Assembly: GCA_937870685.1 (NCBI GenBank)
Contig: CALMZX010000144.1
Location: 859 to 64,858 of the forward strand
Reading direction: 5' to 3'
Source: an uncultured Alphaproteobacteria bacterium
GTDB taxonomy: Bacteria; Pseudomonadota; Alphaproteobacteria; Rhizobiales; Aestuariivirgaceae
Length of the DNA: 64,000 nucleotides
The position numbers and the translations under genes were made by a program. Under the pieces are notes generated by a model that saw only the letters and a program-made list of their open reading frames with translations, was not told where the DNA came from and searched no databases. Positions 27,470 through 37,742 of the stretch are shown here, piece by piece. How positions within the stretch are numbered: position 1 is the first letter of the stretch; each line of letters opens with the position of its first letter.

Positions 27470-30400
27470 ATGAGCCGCTATGCCGAACTCGCCACAGCCA
27501 CGAACTTCTCCTTCCTGCATGGCGGTTCCCATGCCGAGGAACTGGTGTTGCAGGCCAAACACTTGGGGATCGCGGCGCTGGCCGTGACTGACCGCAACAG
27601 CTTTGCCGGAATCGTCCGGGCCCACGGGGCGGCGAAGGATGCGGACTTGCGCTTCGTGGTTGGCGTGCGGCTGGTGCTCGAGGACGGATGCGAACTGCTC
27701 GCCTGGCCCACGGACCGGCAGGCCTATGGCCGCTTGTGCCGCCTGCTCTCGCTGGGGCAACGGCGGGCGGAAAAGGGCGGCTGCATCCTCGCGCTGGCGG
27801 ATGTCTGTGAACATGCTGAGGGCACGCTCTTCGCCCTGCCACAGGCGCATGTGGCGCAGCTGGGGGACGTGCGGCGGCTGCTTCCGGCGCCACTCTATCT
27901 GGCGCTCTCCTGCCGCTTCGATGGCCGCGACCGCACCCGGCTGGCGGAGGCGGCCGCCGTGGCGCGGGCACAGGGCGCAGGCCTTCTGGCCGTGAATGAC
28001 GTGCTCTATCACCATCCGGACCGCCGCCCCTTGCAGGACGTGCTCACCTGCATCCGCGAGAAGGTGACGATTGCCGAGGCGGGCTACAGGCTGCAGGCCA
28101 ATGCCGAGCGGCATCTCAAGACGCCGGATGAAATGGCGCGGCTGTTCCGGGATTATCCCGAAGCGCTCGCCAACACGCTTGTGATCACGGAGGCCTGCCG
28201 CTTCTCGCTCGATGAACTGCGCTACGAATATCCGGAAGAGCCGGTGCCACAGGGCCAGGATCCGCAAGGCTATCTGGAACATCTGGCGCGGGAAGGTGCC
28301 ATGGAGCGCTATCCGCAAGGTGTTCCCGCCAAGGTGCGCCAGAACATCGCCAAGGAACTGGCGCTGATCCGCAAGCTCAACTACGCGCCCTACTTCCTCA
28401 CCGTTTATGACATCGTGCGCTTTGCCCGCAGCCTTGATCCGCCGATCCTCTGCCAGGGGCGGGGTTCGGCGGCCAATTCCACGGTCTGCTATGTGATCGG
28501 CATCACGGCGGTTGATCCCAACCAGATCGATCTCCTGTTCGAGCGCTTCATCTCGGAGGAGCGCAAGGAACCGCCGGACATTGATGTCGATTTCGAGCAC
28601 GAGCGGCGCGAGGAGGTGATCCAGTATCTCTACCGCCGCTATGGCCGGGAGCGGGCAGGCCTCGCCGCCACGGTGATCACCTATCGCGGGCGCTCGGCAC
28701 TGCGCGAGGTGGGGAAAGTGATGGGACTTTCGGAAGACGTGACCGGGGCACTCGCCGGCTCGGTCTGGGGCATGATGCCGGAGGAGATGCAGGAGAAGCG
28801 GCTGAAGGAGATCGGGCTTGATCCGGATGATCCGCTGCTCGCCCGCGTGCTGGAACTGACGGGCGAGATTGCCGGCTTCCCGCGCCATCTCTCGCAGCAT
28901 GTGGGCGGCTTCATCCTGACACGCGAGCGGCTGGACGAGACGGTGCCCATCGGCAATGCGGCCATGGAAGACCGCACCTTCATCGAATGGGACAAGGACG
29001 ACATTGACACGCTGGGCATGCTCAAGGTGGATGTGCTGGCCTTGGGCATGCTCACTTGCATCCGCAAGAGTTTCGAGCTGATCGAGGCCTGGCACGGGCA
29101 GCGCTACATGCTCGCCACCGTGCCGCGCGAGGACCGGACTGTGTATGACATGCTGTGCAAGGCCGACTCGGTCGGTGTCTTCCAGGTGGAATCGCGGGCC
29201 CAGATGAACATGCTGCCGCGCCTCAAACCGCGTTGCTTCTATGATCTGGTGATCGAGGTGGCGATCGTGCGGCCCGGCCCGATCCAGGGTGACATGGTGC
29301 ATCCCTATCTCAGGCGGCGCGATGGCATTGAGGCGGAGGATTATCCGGCACCGCATCCGGACTTCGGGCCGCCGGATGAATTGCGGCAGGTGCTGGGCCG
29401 CACCAAGGGTGTGCCCTTGTTCCAGGAGCAGGCGATGAAGCTCGCCATGGTGGCGGCGGAGTTCACACCTGGCGAACTGAACGAGTTGCGCAAGGCCATG
29501 GCCACCTTCCGGCGGCGCGGCACCATTGGGCGGCTGGAACAGAAAATGGTGAGCCGCATGGTGGAACGCGGCTACGATGCCGGCTTCGCGGCGCGCTGCT
29601 TCAACCAGATCAAGGGCTTCGGCGAATACGGCTTCCCGGAAAGCCACGCCGCGAGCTTCGCGCATCTGGTCTATGTCTCGGCCTGGCTGAAGCGCCACCA
29701 CCCGGCAGTGTTCGCCTGTGCGCTGCTGAATTCACAACCCATGGGCTTCTATGCCCCGGCGCAGATCGTGCGGGACGCGCGCGAGCATGGGGTTGAGGTG
29801 CTGCCGGTGGATGTGAGTCATTCGCAGTGGGATTCGGTGCTGGAGGAAAGGCCCCCCTCAGTCCTTCGGACAGCTCCCCCAACAAGTTGGGGGAGCGTGA
29901 TGAAACGCCCTCCCCCAGCTTTGCTGGGGGAGGTGCCCAACGGGCGGAGGGGGTCCCTTTGCCTGCGCCTCGGCTTTCGTGAGGTGGATGGGGTGCGGGA
30001 GGGGGATGTCGTGTCCATTCTCCCCTCCCCGCAAGGGCGAGGGAGGACAACAACACTGGCCGAAATGGCGGCGCTTCTCCCCCACTCCGCCCTCGAAAAA
30101 CTCGCTGCTGCCGATTGCTTCCGGTCGCTGGGTCTCGACCGCAGGCAGGCGTTGTGGGAGGTGACGGCGCTGGCCAAGGCGCGGACTCCCTTGCCGCTCT
30201 TCGCCCATGCTGATGCGAAGGAGCAGGGCATGGAAGCAGCGGTGCAACTGCCGGAGATGCCGCTCGCCGAGCATGTGGTCAACGACTACCAGACGGTGAA
30301 GCTGTCGCTGAAGGCGCATCCCATGTCCTTCCTGCGGGGGCGTTGTGCGGCTGAAAAGGTGACGGACAACGGCGTGCTCAAGTCGCTGCGCAATGGCCGC

Positions 30401-30799
30401 GCCGTGACTGTGGCGGGCGTGGTGCTGGTGCGGCAGCGGCCGGGCTCGGCCAAGGGAGTTGTCTTCCTCACGCTGGAAGACGAGTTCTCCGTCTGCAACG
30501 CGGTGATCTGGCCGGATGTGCTGGAGGCGCACCGCGCCACGGTGATGGGCGCGCGGCTGATGCTGATCCGCGGCCGGGTGCAACGCTCGGGCGACATCAT
30601 CCATGTGGTCGCCAGCCGCATCGAGGACAAGACCTTCTGGCTCACGTCACTCACGGAAGACGGCCTCACCCTGCGTGGCACCGTGGCGCGCGCCGATGAG
30701 GTGAAGAAGCCGGGGCCGGACCCGGCGCAGTACCAGCAAAGCTCAACCCGGCACCCCCGCAATGTGCGGGTGTTGCCGAAGAGCCGGGATTTTCATTGA
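27470..30799 (+). CDS. dnaE2: Error-prone DNA polymerase III alpha (contains in-frame palindromic repeat insertion)
   Basis: NFSFLHGGSH PHP domain, GRGSAANS, PPDIDVDFE, LSQHVGG, YGFPESHAASF, OB fold, C-terminal SRDFH. Confidence 0.96.
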   Translation: MSRYAELATATNFSFLHGGSHAEELVLQAKHLGIAALAVTDRNSFAGIVRAHGAAKDADLRFVVGVRLVLEDGCELLAWPTDRQAYGRLCRLLSLGQRRAEKGGCILALADVCEHAEGTLFALPQAHVAQLGDVRRLLPAPLYLALSCRFDGRDRTRLAEAAAVARAQGAGLLAVNDVLYHHPDRRPLQDVLTCIREKVTIAEAGYRLQANAERHLKTPDEMARLFRDYPEALANTLVITEACRFSLDELRYEYPEEPVPQGQDPQGYLEHLAREGAMERYPQGVPAKVRQNIAKELALIRKLNYAPYFLTVYDIVRFARSLDPPILCQGRGSAANSTVCYVIGITAVDPNQIDLLFERFISEERKEPPDIDVDFEHERREEVIQYLYRRYGRERAGLAATVITYRGRSALREVGKVMGLSEDVTGALAGSVWGMMPEEMQEKRLKEIGLDPDDPLLARVLELTGEIAGFPRHLSQHVGGFILTRERLDETVPIGNAAMEDRTFIEWDKDDIDTLGMLKVDVLALGMLTCIRKSFELIEAWHGQRYMLATVPREDRTVYDMLCKADSVGVFQVESRAQMNMLPRLKPRCFYDLVIEVAIVRPGPIQGDMVHPYLRRRDGIEAEDYPAPHPDFGPPDELRQVLGRTKGVPLFQEQAMKLAMVAAEFTPGELNELRKAMATFRRRGTIGRLEQKMVSRMVERGYDAGFAARCFNQIKGFGEYGFPESHAASFAHLVYVSAWLKRHHPAVFACALLNSQPMGFYAPAQIVRDAREHGVEVLPVDVSHSQWDSVLEERPPSVLRTAPPTSWGSVMKRPPPALLGEVPNGRRGSLCLRLGFREVDGVREGDVVSILPSPQGRGRTTTLAEMAALLPHSALEKLAAADCFRSLGLDRRQALWEVTALAKARTPLPLFAHADAKEQGMEAAVQLPEMPLAEHVVNDYQTVKLSLKAHPMSFLRGRCAAEKVTDNGVLKSLRNGRAVTVAGVVLVRQRPGSAKGVVFLTLEDEFSVCNAVIWPDVLEAHRATVMGARLMLIRGRVQRSGDIIHVVASRIEDKTFWLTSLTEDGLTLRGTVARADEVKKPGPDPAQYQQSSTRHPRNVRVLPKSRDFH
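29847..29960. repeat. Bipartite palindromic repeat copy 1 (A + inverted B), inside dnaE2
   Basis: 29851-29897 is the exact 47-nt reverse complement of 46395-46441; the B half matches 46337-46382 and 37600-37645. Confidence 0.9.
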
Positions 30800-30802
30800 A
30801 GT

Positions 30803-31588
30803 CTACGCTACCCGGCCGACGAAATGGGTTTCGCCGCGGGCGCGTGCGTGGGCGCGCACGGCATCGCCGAAGGTGGTGAAGAGTTTCACCGAATCCGGAT
30901 TGTTTGCGGCCTTGAACTCCGGGTGCCATTGCGTGCCGAAGGCGAAGGCCTTGGCGTTCTTCACGGAGACGGCCTCGACGATGCCATCCGGTGCCGTGGC
31001 TTCAATGTTCAGGCCGTCGCCCAGGCGCTTGATGCCCTGGCGGTGGATGGTGTTGACCATCGTTTCGCTCTTGCCAAGGATGCGGTGCAGGAAACCGTTG
31101 GGCGTGACCGAGATGGCGTGGCGGGGGGCATAGCGGACGTCCACATCATCGGATTTCGGCGCGCGATGGTCGAGGCGGCCCTCGCCGCGCTGCAACTCCG
31201 TTTCCAGCGTGCCACCCATGGCAACGTTCAGTTCCTGGAAGCCGCGGCAGATGCAGAACAGCGGCATGCCACGGGCGATCACGGCCTTGATCAGTTGCAA
31301 GGTGGTGGCGTCGCGGCGGTGGTCATAGGGCTCGTGGTCGGCGGTGGCCTCCTCGCCATAGTGCGGGGGATGCACGTTGGAGACGGCACCCGTCATCAGG
31401 ATGCCGTCGAAATGGGCGAGCATGCCGTCGAGGTTGTCGTGATCAAGCTGCGAGGGGATCATCACGGCGTCGACATTGGCGACATCCGTCAGTGCACGGA
31501 CATATTTGTCGCCAAGCGAATGGAAGAGGAAACCGTCTTTTTCATAGGTATCGGCGGGAAGGCCGACGAGGGGGCGGGACTTGGACAT
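30803..31588 (-). CDS. Gamma-glutamyl-gamma-aminobutyrate hydrolase family (peptidase C26, PuuD-like)
   Basis: ILMTGAVSNVHP, ICRGFQELNVA (Cys nucleophile), QWHPE. Confidence 0.9.
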   Translation of the reverse strand: MSKSRPLVGLPADTYEKDGFLFHSLGDKYVRALTDVANVDAVMIPSQLDHDNLDGMLAHFDGILMTGAVSNVHPPHYGEEATADHEPYDHRRDATTLQLIKAVIARGMPLFCICRGFQELNVAMGGTLETELQRGEGRLDHRAPKSDDVDVRYAPRHAISVTPNGFLHRILGKSETMVNTIHRQGIKRLGDGLNIEATAPDGIVEAVSVKNAKAFAFGTQWHPEFKAANNPDSVKLFTTFGDAVRAHARARGETHFVGRVA

Positions 31589-31601
31589 GATCTCCGGCGC
31601 G

Positions 31602-32861
31602 TCAGTTGAGAACAAGCCGCCATATTAGCCCTGCCAAGGCAGACAAGGCCAGCGTTTTGGGAATGCCCAGCTTCGCCCCAAGCAGGGCAAGGGCGGCGGC
31701 ACAGGCCAGCACCAGCGCTGCCGGATCGAAGCCCTGGATATCCGGCCACCAGACGGGCACGGTGCCGGGCAGGCGTTTCACCCCGGCAAAAACCACATGC
31801 AGGCCAAACCACAGGCTGAGATTGAGGATGACGCCGACCACGGCAGCGGTGATGCGGGCCAGCGCCGCGGCCAGCCGGGGCCGGGATTGCAGGTAGTCGA
31901 TCCAGGGTGCGCCTGCAAAAATCCAGAGGAAGCAGGGCGTGAAGGTCATCCAGAGAAAGACGAGGCTTGCTGCGAGGCCCGCCCAGAGCGAGCCGTCCTG
32001 TTTCGCGGCGGCGAGGAAGGCCACGAACTGACCCACGAGAATGAGCGGCCCGGGCGTGGTTTCGGCCAGCGCCAGTGCGTCGATCATCTCGCGCGCCGTG
32101 AGCCAGCCGGTCTGTTCCACCATGGTCTGGCCGAGCGACACGAGAACCGCATAGGCACCGCCAAAGGTGACGACCGCCAGCACGGAGAACATGCGGCCGA
32201 GTCTGGCGAGGATGTGTTCGGTGCCGGGGACCAGATGCAGCGCCGCAAGGGGAATGAGCCAGATGGCGGCCCATTGCAGAGTGGTCAGTACAGTGGCGCG
32301 CCAGGAAGGGCGAATGATGGCGCTTTCTCCATCGCCCGTGACCGGAGGCATGAGCATGCCTGAGAGTGCTGCCACCAGAATGACCAGCGGAAAGGGCAGG
32401 GCAAACACGAAGAGGGCCAGAAACGCCAAAGACGCCGTGATCCAGTCTGCCGTCGTGCGCAGCGCGCGCCGCGCCACCTTGAACAATGCTTCAAGAACAA
32501 TGGCAAGCACGGCTGCCTTGAGACCCCAGAAGACTGCGGTGAGGGCAGGAAGGTTTCCAAAACTGGCGTAGAGCAATGAAAGTGCGAGGATGAGCAACGC
32601 GCCTGGAAGGACAAAGAGCACCCCGGCCATCAGACCACCTGTCATGCCGTGGCGTTTCCATCCCGCATAGGTGGCGAGTTGCATCGCTTCCGGCCCCGGC
32701 AGCAGCATGCAGAAATTCAATGCCGAGAGGAACTCCTTCTCGCTGAGCCACTGGCGTTGTTCCACCAGTTCCCGGTGCAGCAGCGCGATCTGCCCTGCTG
32801 GCCCGCCGAAGGAGAGAAGTCCGATGCGCAGGAAGACGGAGAAGGTTTCGCGTAGACTCAC
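31602..32861 (-). CDS. chrA: Chromate ion transporter (CHR) family
   Basis: SFGGPAGQIA, LPGPEAMQL, TFGGAYAVL, ETTPGPLI repeats. Confidence 0.92.
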   Translation of the reverse strand: MSLRETFSVFLRIGLLSFGGPAGQIALLHRELVEQRQWLSEKEFLSALNFCMLLPGPEAMQLATYAGWKRHGMTGGLMAGVLFVLPGALLILALSLLYASFGNLPALTAVFWGLKAAVLAIVLEALFKVARRALRTTADWITASLAFLALFVFALPFPLVILVAALSGMLMPPVTGDGESAIIRPSWRATVLTTLQWAAIWLIPLAALHLVPGTEHILARLGRMFSVLAVVTFGGAYAVLVSLGQTMVEQTGWLTAREMIDALALAETTPGPLILVGQFVAFLAAAKQDGSLWAGLAASLVFLWMTFTPCFLWIFAGAPWIDYLQSRPRLAAALARITAAVVGVILNLSLWFGLHVVFAGVKRLPGTVPVWWPDIQGFDPAALVLACAAALALLGAKLGIPKTLALSALAGLIWRLVLN

Positions 32862-33838
32862 GCCTTCACCGCTTGCCGTGCCACATGGTGCAGCACATGC
32901 ATGGCGATGCGGCCTGCTGTCATGGCGGCGGTGCCGTCACGGTCCTTCTTCGGCACGAACTCCACCATGGCCAGTCCGCCGATGCGGGCCTTGGCGGCGA
33001 TGTCGCCGATCAGACGGGTGATCTGCAGGAAGTCCAGACCGCCGGGCGAGGGGTAGGCGACGGCGGGCATGACGGAGGAATCCAGCACGTCCAGATCAAG
33101 GCAGATGACGCAGGTCGACTCGGGCTCGATGTGTTGCAGAACACTTGCCGTGCCGTCCCGGTGGAAGGTGTTGCCGGGTACAAGGCGTGCGCCCCATTGC
33201 AGGGCGGCTTCCACCTCGCCTTGCCGGGCGCTGCCGATGCCGCGCGCGCCGACCTGAACGATGCGCCAGACGTGGGACATTTCGGAGGCGCGGCGCATGG
33301 TCGAGGAGAAGCCCATGGGTTCGCCTTCACGCTCCTCGCGCCAGTCAATGTGGGCGTCGATCTGCACCACCGTGATGGGCGGGCCACCGGCGAAACCGGC
33401 GAGGAAGGGAATGGGCACGCTGTCGTCACCGCCGAACATGATGGGCACGGCACCCGCATCGAGGATGGATTTCGTCTGTGCTTCGATCTTGCGGCGGTTG
33501 CCCTTGCCGTCTTTGGGTTTGGTGGCGAGGTCACCGAGGTCCACGGCGGCAAAGCCTTCGTCCGGCAGAAGCCTGCTGCCGAAATCAAAATCCCAATGGT
33601 CGATCCATTCCGCGTCCCAGGACAGCGCCTTGCGGAAGGCCTTGGCTGCGTCGGCATGAATGTGGTTGTCGATGGTCTTGTAGGGTGTGCCGTGTGGCGC
33701 ACCGAAGAAAGCGGCCTGCGCGCCCTTGGGCGTGGCGGCGTGGCTGGCGCCCATGATGGCCGGTCCGCGGCGGCGCGGGGGTACCGTTTTTGCACGGGGT
33801 CTGGAGCGGGGTTTGGGGCGCTTTGCTGTCTTGGCCAT
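32858..33838 (-). CDS. Ureohydrolase (arginase/agmatinase family) with atypical active-site motifs
   Basis: GGDDS (canonical GGDH), DAHID, DLDVLD...PSPGGL. A basic N-terminal extension makes the start uncertain. Confidence 0.85.
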   Translation of the reverse strand: MAKTAKRPKPRSRPRAKTVPPRRRGPAIMGASHAATPKGAQAAFFGAPHGTPYKTIDNHIHADAAKAFRKALSWDAEWIDHWDFDFGSRLLPDEGFAAVDLGDLATKPKDGKGNRRKIEAQTKSILDAGAVPIMFGGDDSVPIPFLAGFAGGPPITVVQIDAHIDWREEREGEPMGFSSTMRRASEMSHVWRIVQVGARGIGSARQGEVEAALQWGARLVPGNTFHRDGTASVLQHIEPESTCVICLDLDVLDSSVMPAVAYPSPGGLDFLQITRLIGDIAAKARIGGLAMVEFVPKKDRDGTAAMTAGRIAMHVLHHVARQAVKA

Positions 33839-33865
33839 GCGCAGACTGTGGCGCAGAACAGCCTG

Positions 33866-34879
33866 TCAGGCAACGTGCGCGGCAGCAACAGTGGGCGAAT
33901 ATTCGTGCGCCGCCTGCCAGTTCACACGTGCGGACGGGAACGTGAGGCGTACCTCGGTTCCGCTGCCCGGTGCAGTGGCAAGTGTCACATCCCCGTCATG
34001 CAGGCGCAGGATGCCCCGGGCGATGTAAAGGCCAAGGCCGAGACCGGCGTGGTGGCGGGCCGCCCCTTCGTCCAACTGGCGGAAGGGTTCAAAGGCCCGT
34101 TCGGCATTTTCGCTGGTGATGCCAGGACCTGCGTCCGTCACGGTCACGACAAGGTCACCAGAGGCGCCACGCAGCATGTTGATGTTGACGATGCCGTCGG
34201 GCGGCGAGAAGGCGACGGCATTGTCGACCACGCAGGCCAGCGCCTGACGCATGCGGTTGGCGTCACCAAGGCAGGTGATGCCGCCAGCGATGCGGGCGAC
34301 AATGGAGACGTTGCGCGCGGCGGCGGCATCGTGGCGGTCCCGGCTCACGACCTCAATGATTTCAGCGATGTCGACCGGGTAGCCCGCGACCTTCAAGGAC
34401 CCGCTGGCGATACGGTTGGCATCCAGCACATCGTCGAGCCGCTGCTTGAGGTGATGGGCATTCTCAAGGATGGCGGTGGCAAATTCCTCGCGTTGCTTGC
34501 GGGCGGTGCCCGTTTTCTCGGCATCGCGCAGCAGTTCCGAGAAGCCGATGATGGCATTGAGGGGGGTGCGCAATTCATGGGTGGTTGCCGCAAGGATCAC
34601 CTGCGGGGGCGGAACGGGAGCCGCCGCCACGGGCCTCACGTCCCGGTCCGCTGCTGTTTCCACGAGTGTTGCTGCGGCGGGTGGCCGTGCGGCAAGGGCG
34701 AGGCTTGCCAGTGCGACGAGCGCCAGCCAGAGCCAGTCCGGCAGTGTCACCGCGTGGAACCATGCGACGGTGGCGAACAGAGTTCCGGTCAAGAACAGCA
34801 GCGCAGCCGCCAGCATGTGATGCCAGCGGTGCCGCGCAGTTCCTTCCTGCCGTGCCCCGTGAACCGTCCCGTCCGTCAT
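33866..34879 (-). CDS. Membrane-anchored sensor histidine kinase (orphan)
   Basis: Two TM segments; HELRTPLNAIIGFSE H-box; DNA, DAGPG, FEPF and GLGLGL boxes. Start uncertain (34879 or 34984). Confidence 0.85.
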   Translation of the reverse strand: MTDGTVHGARQEGTARHRWHHMLAAALLFLTGTLFATVAWFHAVTLPDWLWLALVALASLALAARPPAAATLVETAADRDVRPVAAAPVPPPQVILAATTHELRTPLNAIIGFSELLRDAEKTGTARKQREEFATAILENAHHLKQRLDDVLDANRIASGSLKVAGYPVDIAEIIEVVSRDRHDAAAARNVSIVARIAGGITCLGDANRMRQALACVVDNAVAFSPPDGIVNINMLRGASGDLVVTVTDAGPGITSENAERAFEPFRQLDEGAARHHAGLGLGLYIARGILRLHDGDVTLATAPGSGTEVRLTFPSARVNWQAAHEYSPTVAAAHVA

Positions 34880-35040
34880 TGTCCCTGCCTGCGCGCCGGC
34901 CCCGGAGCGGCGCGAATCAAAGGCAGTGTACTCTTCCAGCGTGGGCTTTGCGCTGGTTTGATGACGGGGTTTCCTCTGTGGCACGGCTGCATTATGGGAA
35001 TGGGCAATCCGGCCATGCGCCCGGGCCGTTTCAAGCGATC

Positions 35041-36090
35041 ATGACAGACACAGCCAATCCCCACCTGCCGCCCGGCCATCCGCCCATCCCCACCGCCAAG
35101 ACCGGGCTGCTGCTTCTCAACCTCGGCACGCCGGAGGCGACCGACTACTGGTCCATGCGGCGGTACCTGAAGGAATTCCTCTCCGACCGGCGGGTCATCG
35201 AGGTGAACCGTGCCCTGTGGTGGGTGATCCTCAACGGCATCATCCTCACGACGCGGCCGAAACGGTCCGGCCACGCTTATGAACAGATCTGGAATCGTGA
35301 CAGGAACGAATCACCGCTCAAGACCTTCACGCGCTCGCAATCCGAGAAACTGGCGGTGGCGCTGGGGCGCACTGTGGGCCGGACGGGCAAGCTGCTTGTG
35401 GACTGGGCCATGCGCTACGGCCTGCCGCCCGTCGCCGAGAGACTTCAGGCGCTCAAGGACCAAGGCTGTGACCGGATCGTGCTGTTTCCACTCTATCCGC
35501 AATATTCCGCCGCGACCACGGCGACGGCGCTGGACAAGGCCTATGAAAAACTCCTGACCATGCGCTGGCAGCCGATGATCCGTGTGGTGCCCCCCTATTT
35601 CGCCCATCCTGCACACATTGCCGCCATCGCCGACAGCCTGAAGGAGCACATGGGGCAGCTCACCTGGAAGCCGGACCGCATCCTCGTCGCCTTCCACGGC
35701 CTGCCGAAGGAGTATCTCGACAAGGGCGACCCCTATCACTGCCAGTGCCAGAAGACAGCGCGCCTGCTGCGTGAGCGGCTGGGCATGGACCGGGACTATC
35801 TGCAGGTCGTGTTCCAGTCGCGCTTCGGCAAGGCGGAATGGCTGAAGCCCTATGCCCAGGATACGGTGGAGGAACTGCCGTCACAGGGGGTGAAGAAGCT
35901 GCTGATCATCTCGCCCGGCTTTGCCTCGGACTGCGTGGAGACGCTGGAGGAACTGGCCATCGGCCTCAAGGAGACGTTCCTTGAGAAGGGTGGCGAGCAG
36001 TTTTCCGTGGTGCCCTGCCTGAACGATTCCCCGCGCTCCATTCAGATGCTGCAAACCATCGCCGAAGAGGAACTCGCCGGCTGGGTCTGA
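35041..36090 (+). CDS. hemH: Ferrochelatase
   Basis: LNLGTP, FLSDRRVIE, LYPQYS, AFHG, FQSRFG, DCVETLEE. Confidence 0.96.
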   Translation: MTDTANPHLPPGHPPIPTAKTGLLLLNLGTPEATDYWSMRRYLKEFLSDRRVIEVNRALWWVILNGIILTTRPKRSGHAYEQIWNRDRNESPLKTFTRSQSEKLAVALGRTVGRTGKLLVDWAMRYGLPPVAERLQALKDQGCDRIVLFPLYPQYSAATTATALDKAYEKLLTMRWQPMIRVVPPYFAHPAHIAAIADSLKEHMGQLTWKPDRILVAFHGLPKEYLDKGDPYHCQCQKTARLLRERLGMDRDYLQVVFQSRFGKAEWLKPYAQDTVEELPSQGVKKLLIISPGFASDCVETLEELAIGLKETFLEKGGEQFSVVPCLNDSPRSIQMLQTIAEEELAGWV

Positions 36091-36150
36091 CGCGCTTGTG
36101 CGATTCACCGTGAAGCCCCATATTGTCAGGGATTTTGAGCGGAGACTCCC

Positions 36151-37110
<960 letters not shown>

Positions 37111-37135
37111 CGAAATGCCATGAGAGGGCCTAGGG

Positions 37136-37588
37136 ATGGGTGACATTTTTCCGATCTTCGGTGATGTGTGGTTCTGGTACATCATCGGACTTGTGCTGCT
37201 GATCGGCGAGTTGCTGGCGCCGGGCATTTTCCTGCTGTGGCTGGCGCTCGCGGCGGGACTCACCGGTGGCATCAATTCCATTTTCGGATTGGGCTGGCAG
37301 GCCGAGCTTGCGGTCTTCGCCGTACTCTCGGTGCTTCTGGTGCTGGCCTCATGGAACTATGTGATGAAGCAGCGCCGCCCGAAGAGCGACCAGCCCGACC
37401 TGAACCAGCGCCAGACCGGCTATGTGGGCCGCCGCACCACGCTGCTGCAGGCGATCAGCAATGGCCGCGGCAAGGTGAAGATCGACGACACGGTGTGGGA
37501 TGTCTCCGGACCCGACATGGCGCAGGGCACGGCAGTTGTGGTCACGGGTGTGACAGGCGCCACGCTTGAGGTGAAGGCGGCGGGTTGA
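37136..37588 (+). CDS. NfeD/YbbJ-family protein
   Basis: TM segments plus OB-fold LNQR..YVGR..GRGKVKIDDTVW. Confidence 0.9.
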   Translation: MGDIFPIFGDVWFWYIIGLVLLIGELLAPGIFLLWLALAAGLTGGINSIFGLGWQAELAVFAVLSVLLVLASWNYVMKQRRPKSDQPDLNQRQTGYVGRRTTLLQAISNGRGKVKIDDTVWDVSGPDMAQGTAVVVTGVTGATLEVKAAG

Positions 37589-37599
37589 GGGGGAAGAAA

Positions 37600-37737
37600 C
37601 CCCCTCCGGCCTGTCGGCCACCTCCCCCAACGAGTTGGGGGAGGGCATTTGACCAGCACCACGCTATGGCAATGAGACAACGCATACAATCACGCTCCCT
37701 CAACTTGTTGGAGGAGCTGTCCGAAGGACTGAGGGGG
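37600..37737. repeat. Bipartite palindromic repeat copy 2 (between convergent genes, longer spacer)
   Basis: B half at 37600-37645; inverted A half at 37693-37737 (43/45 identical to copy 3). Confidence 0.88.
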
Positions 37738-37742
37738 TTCCT

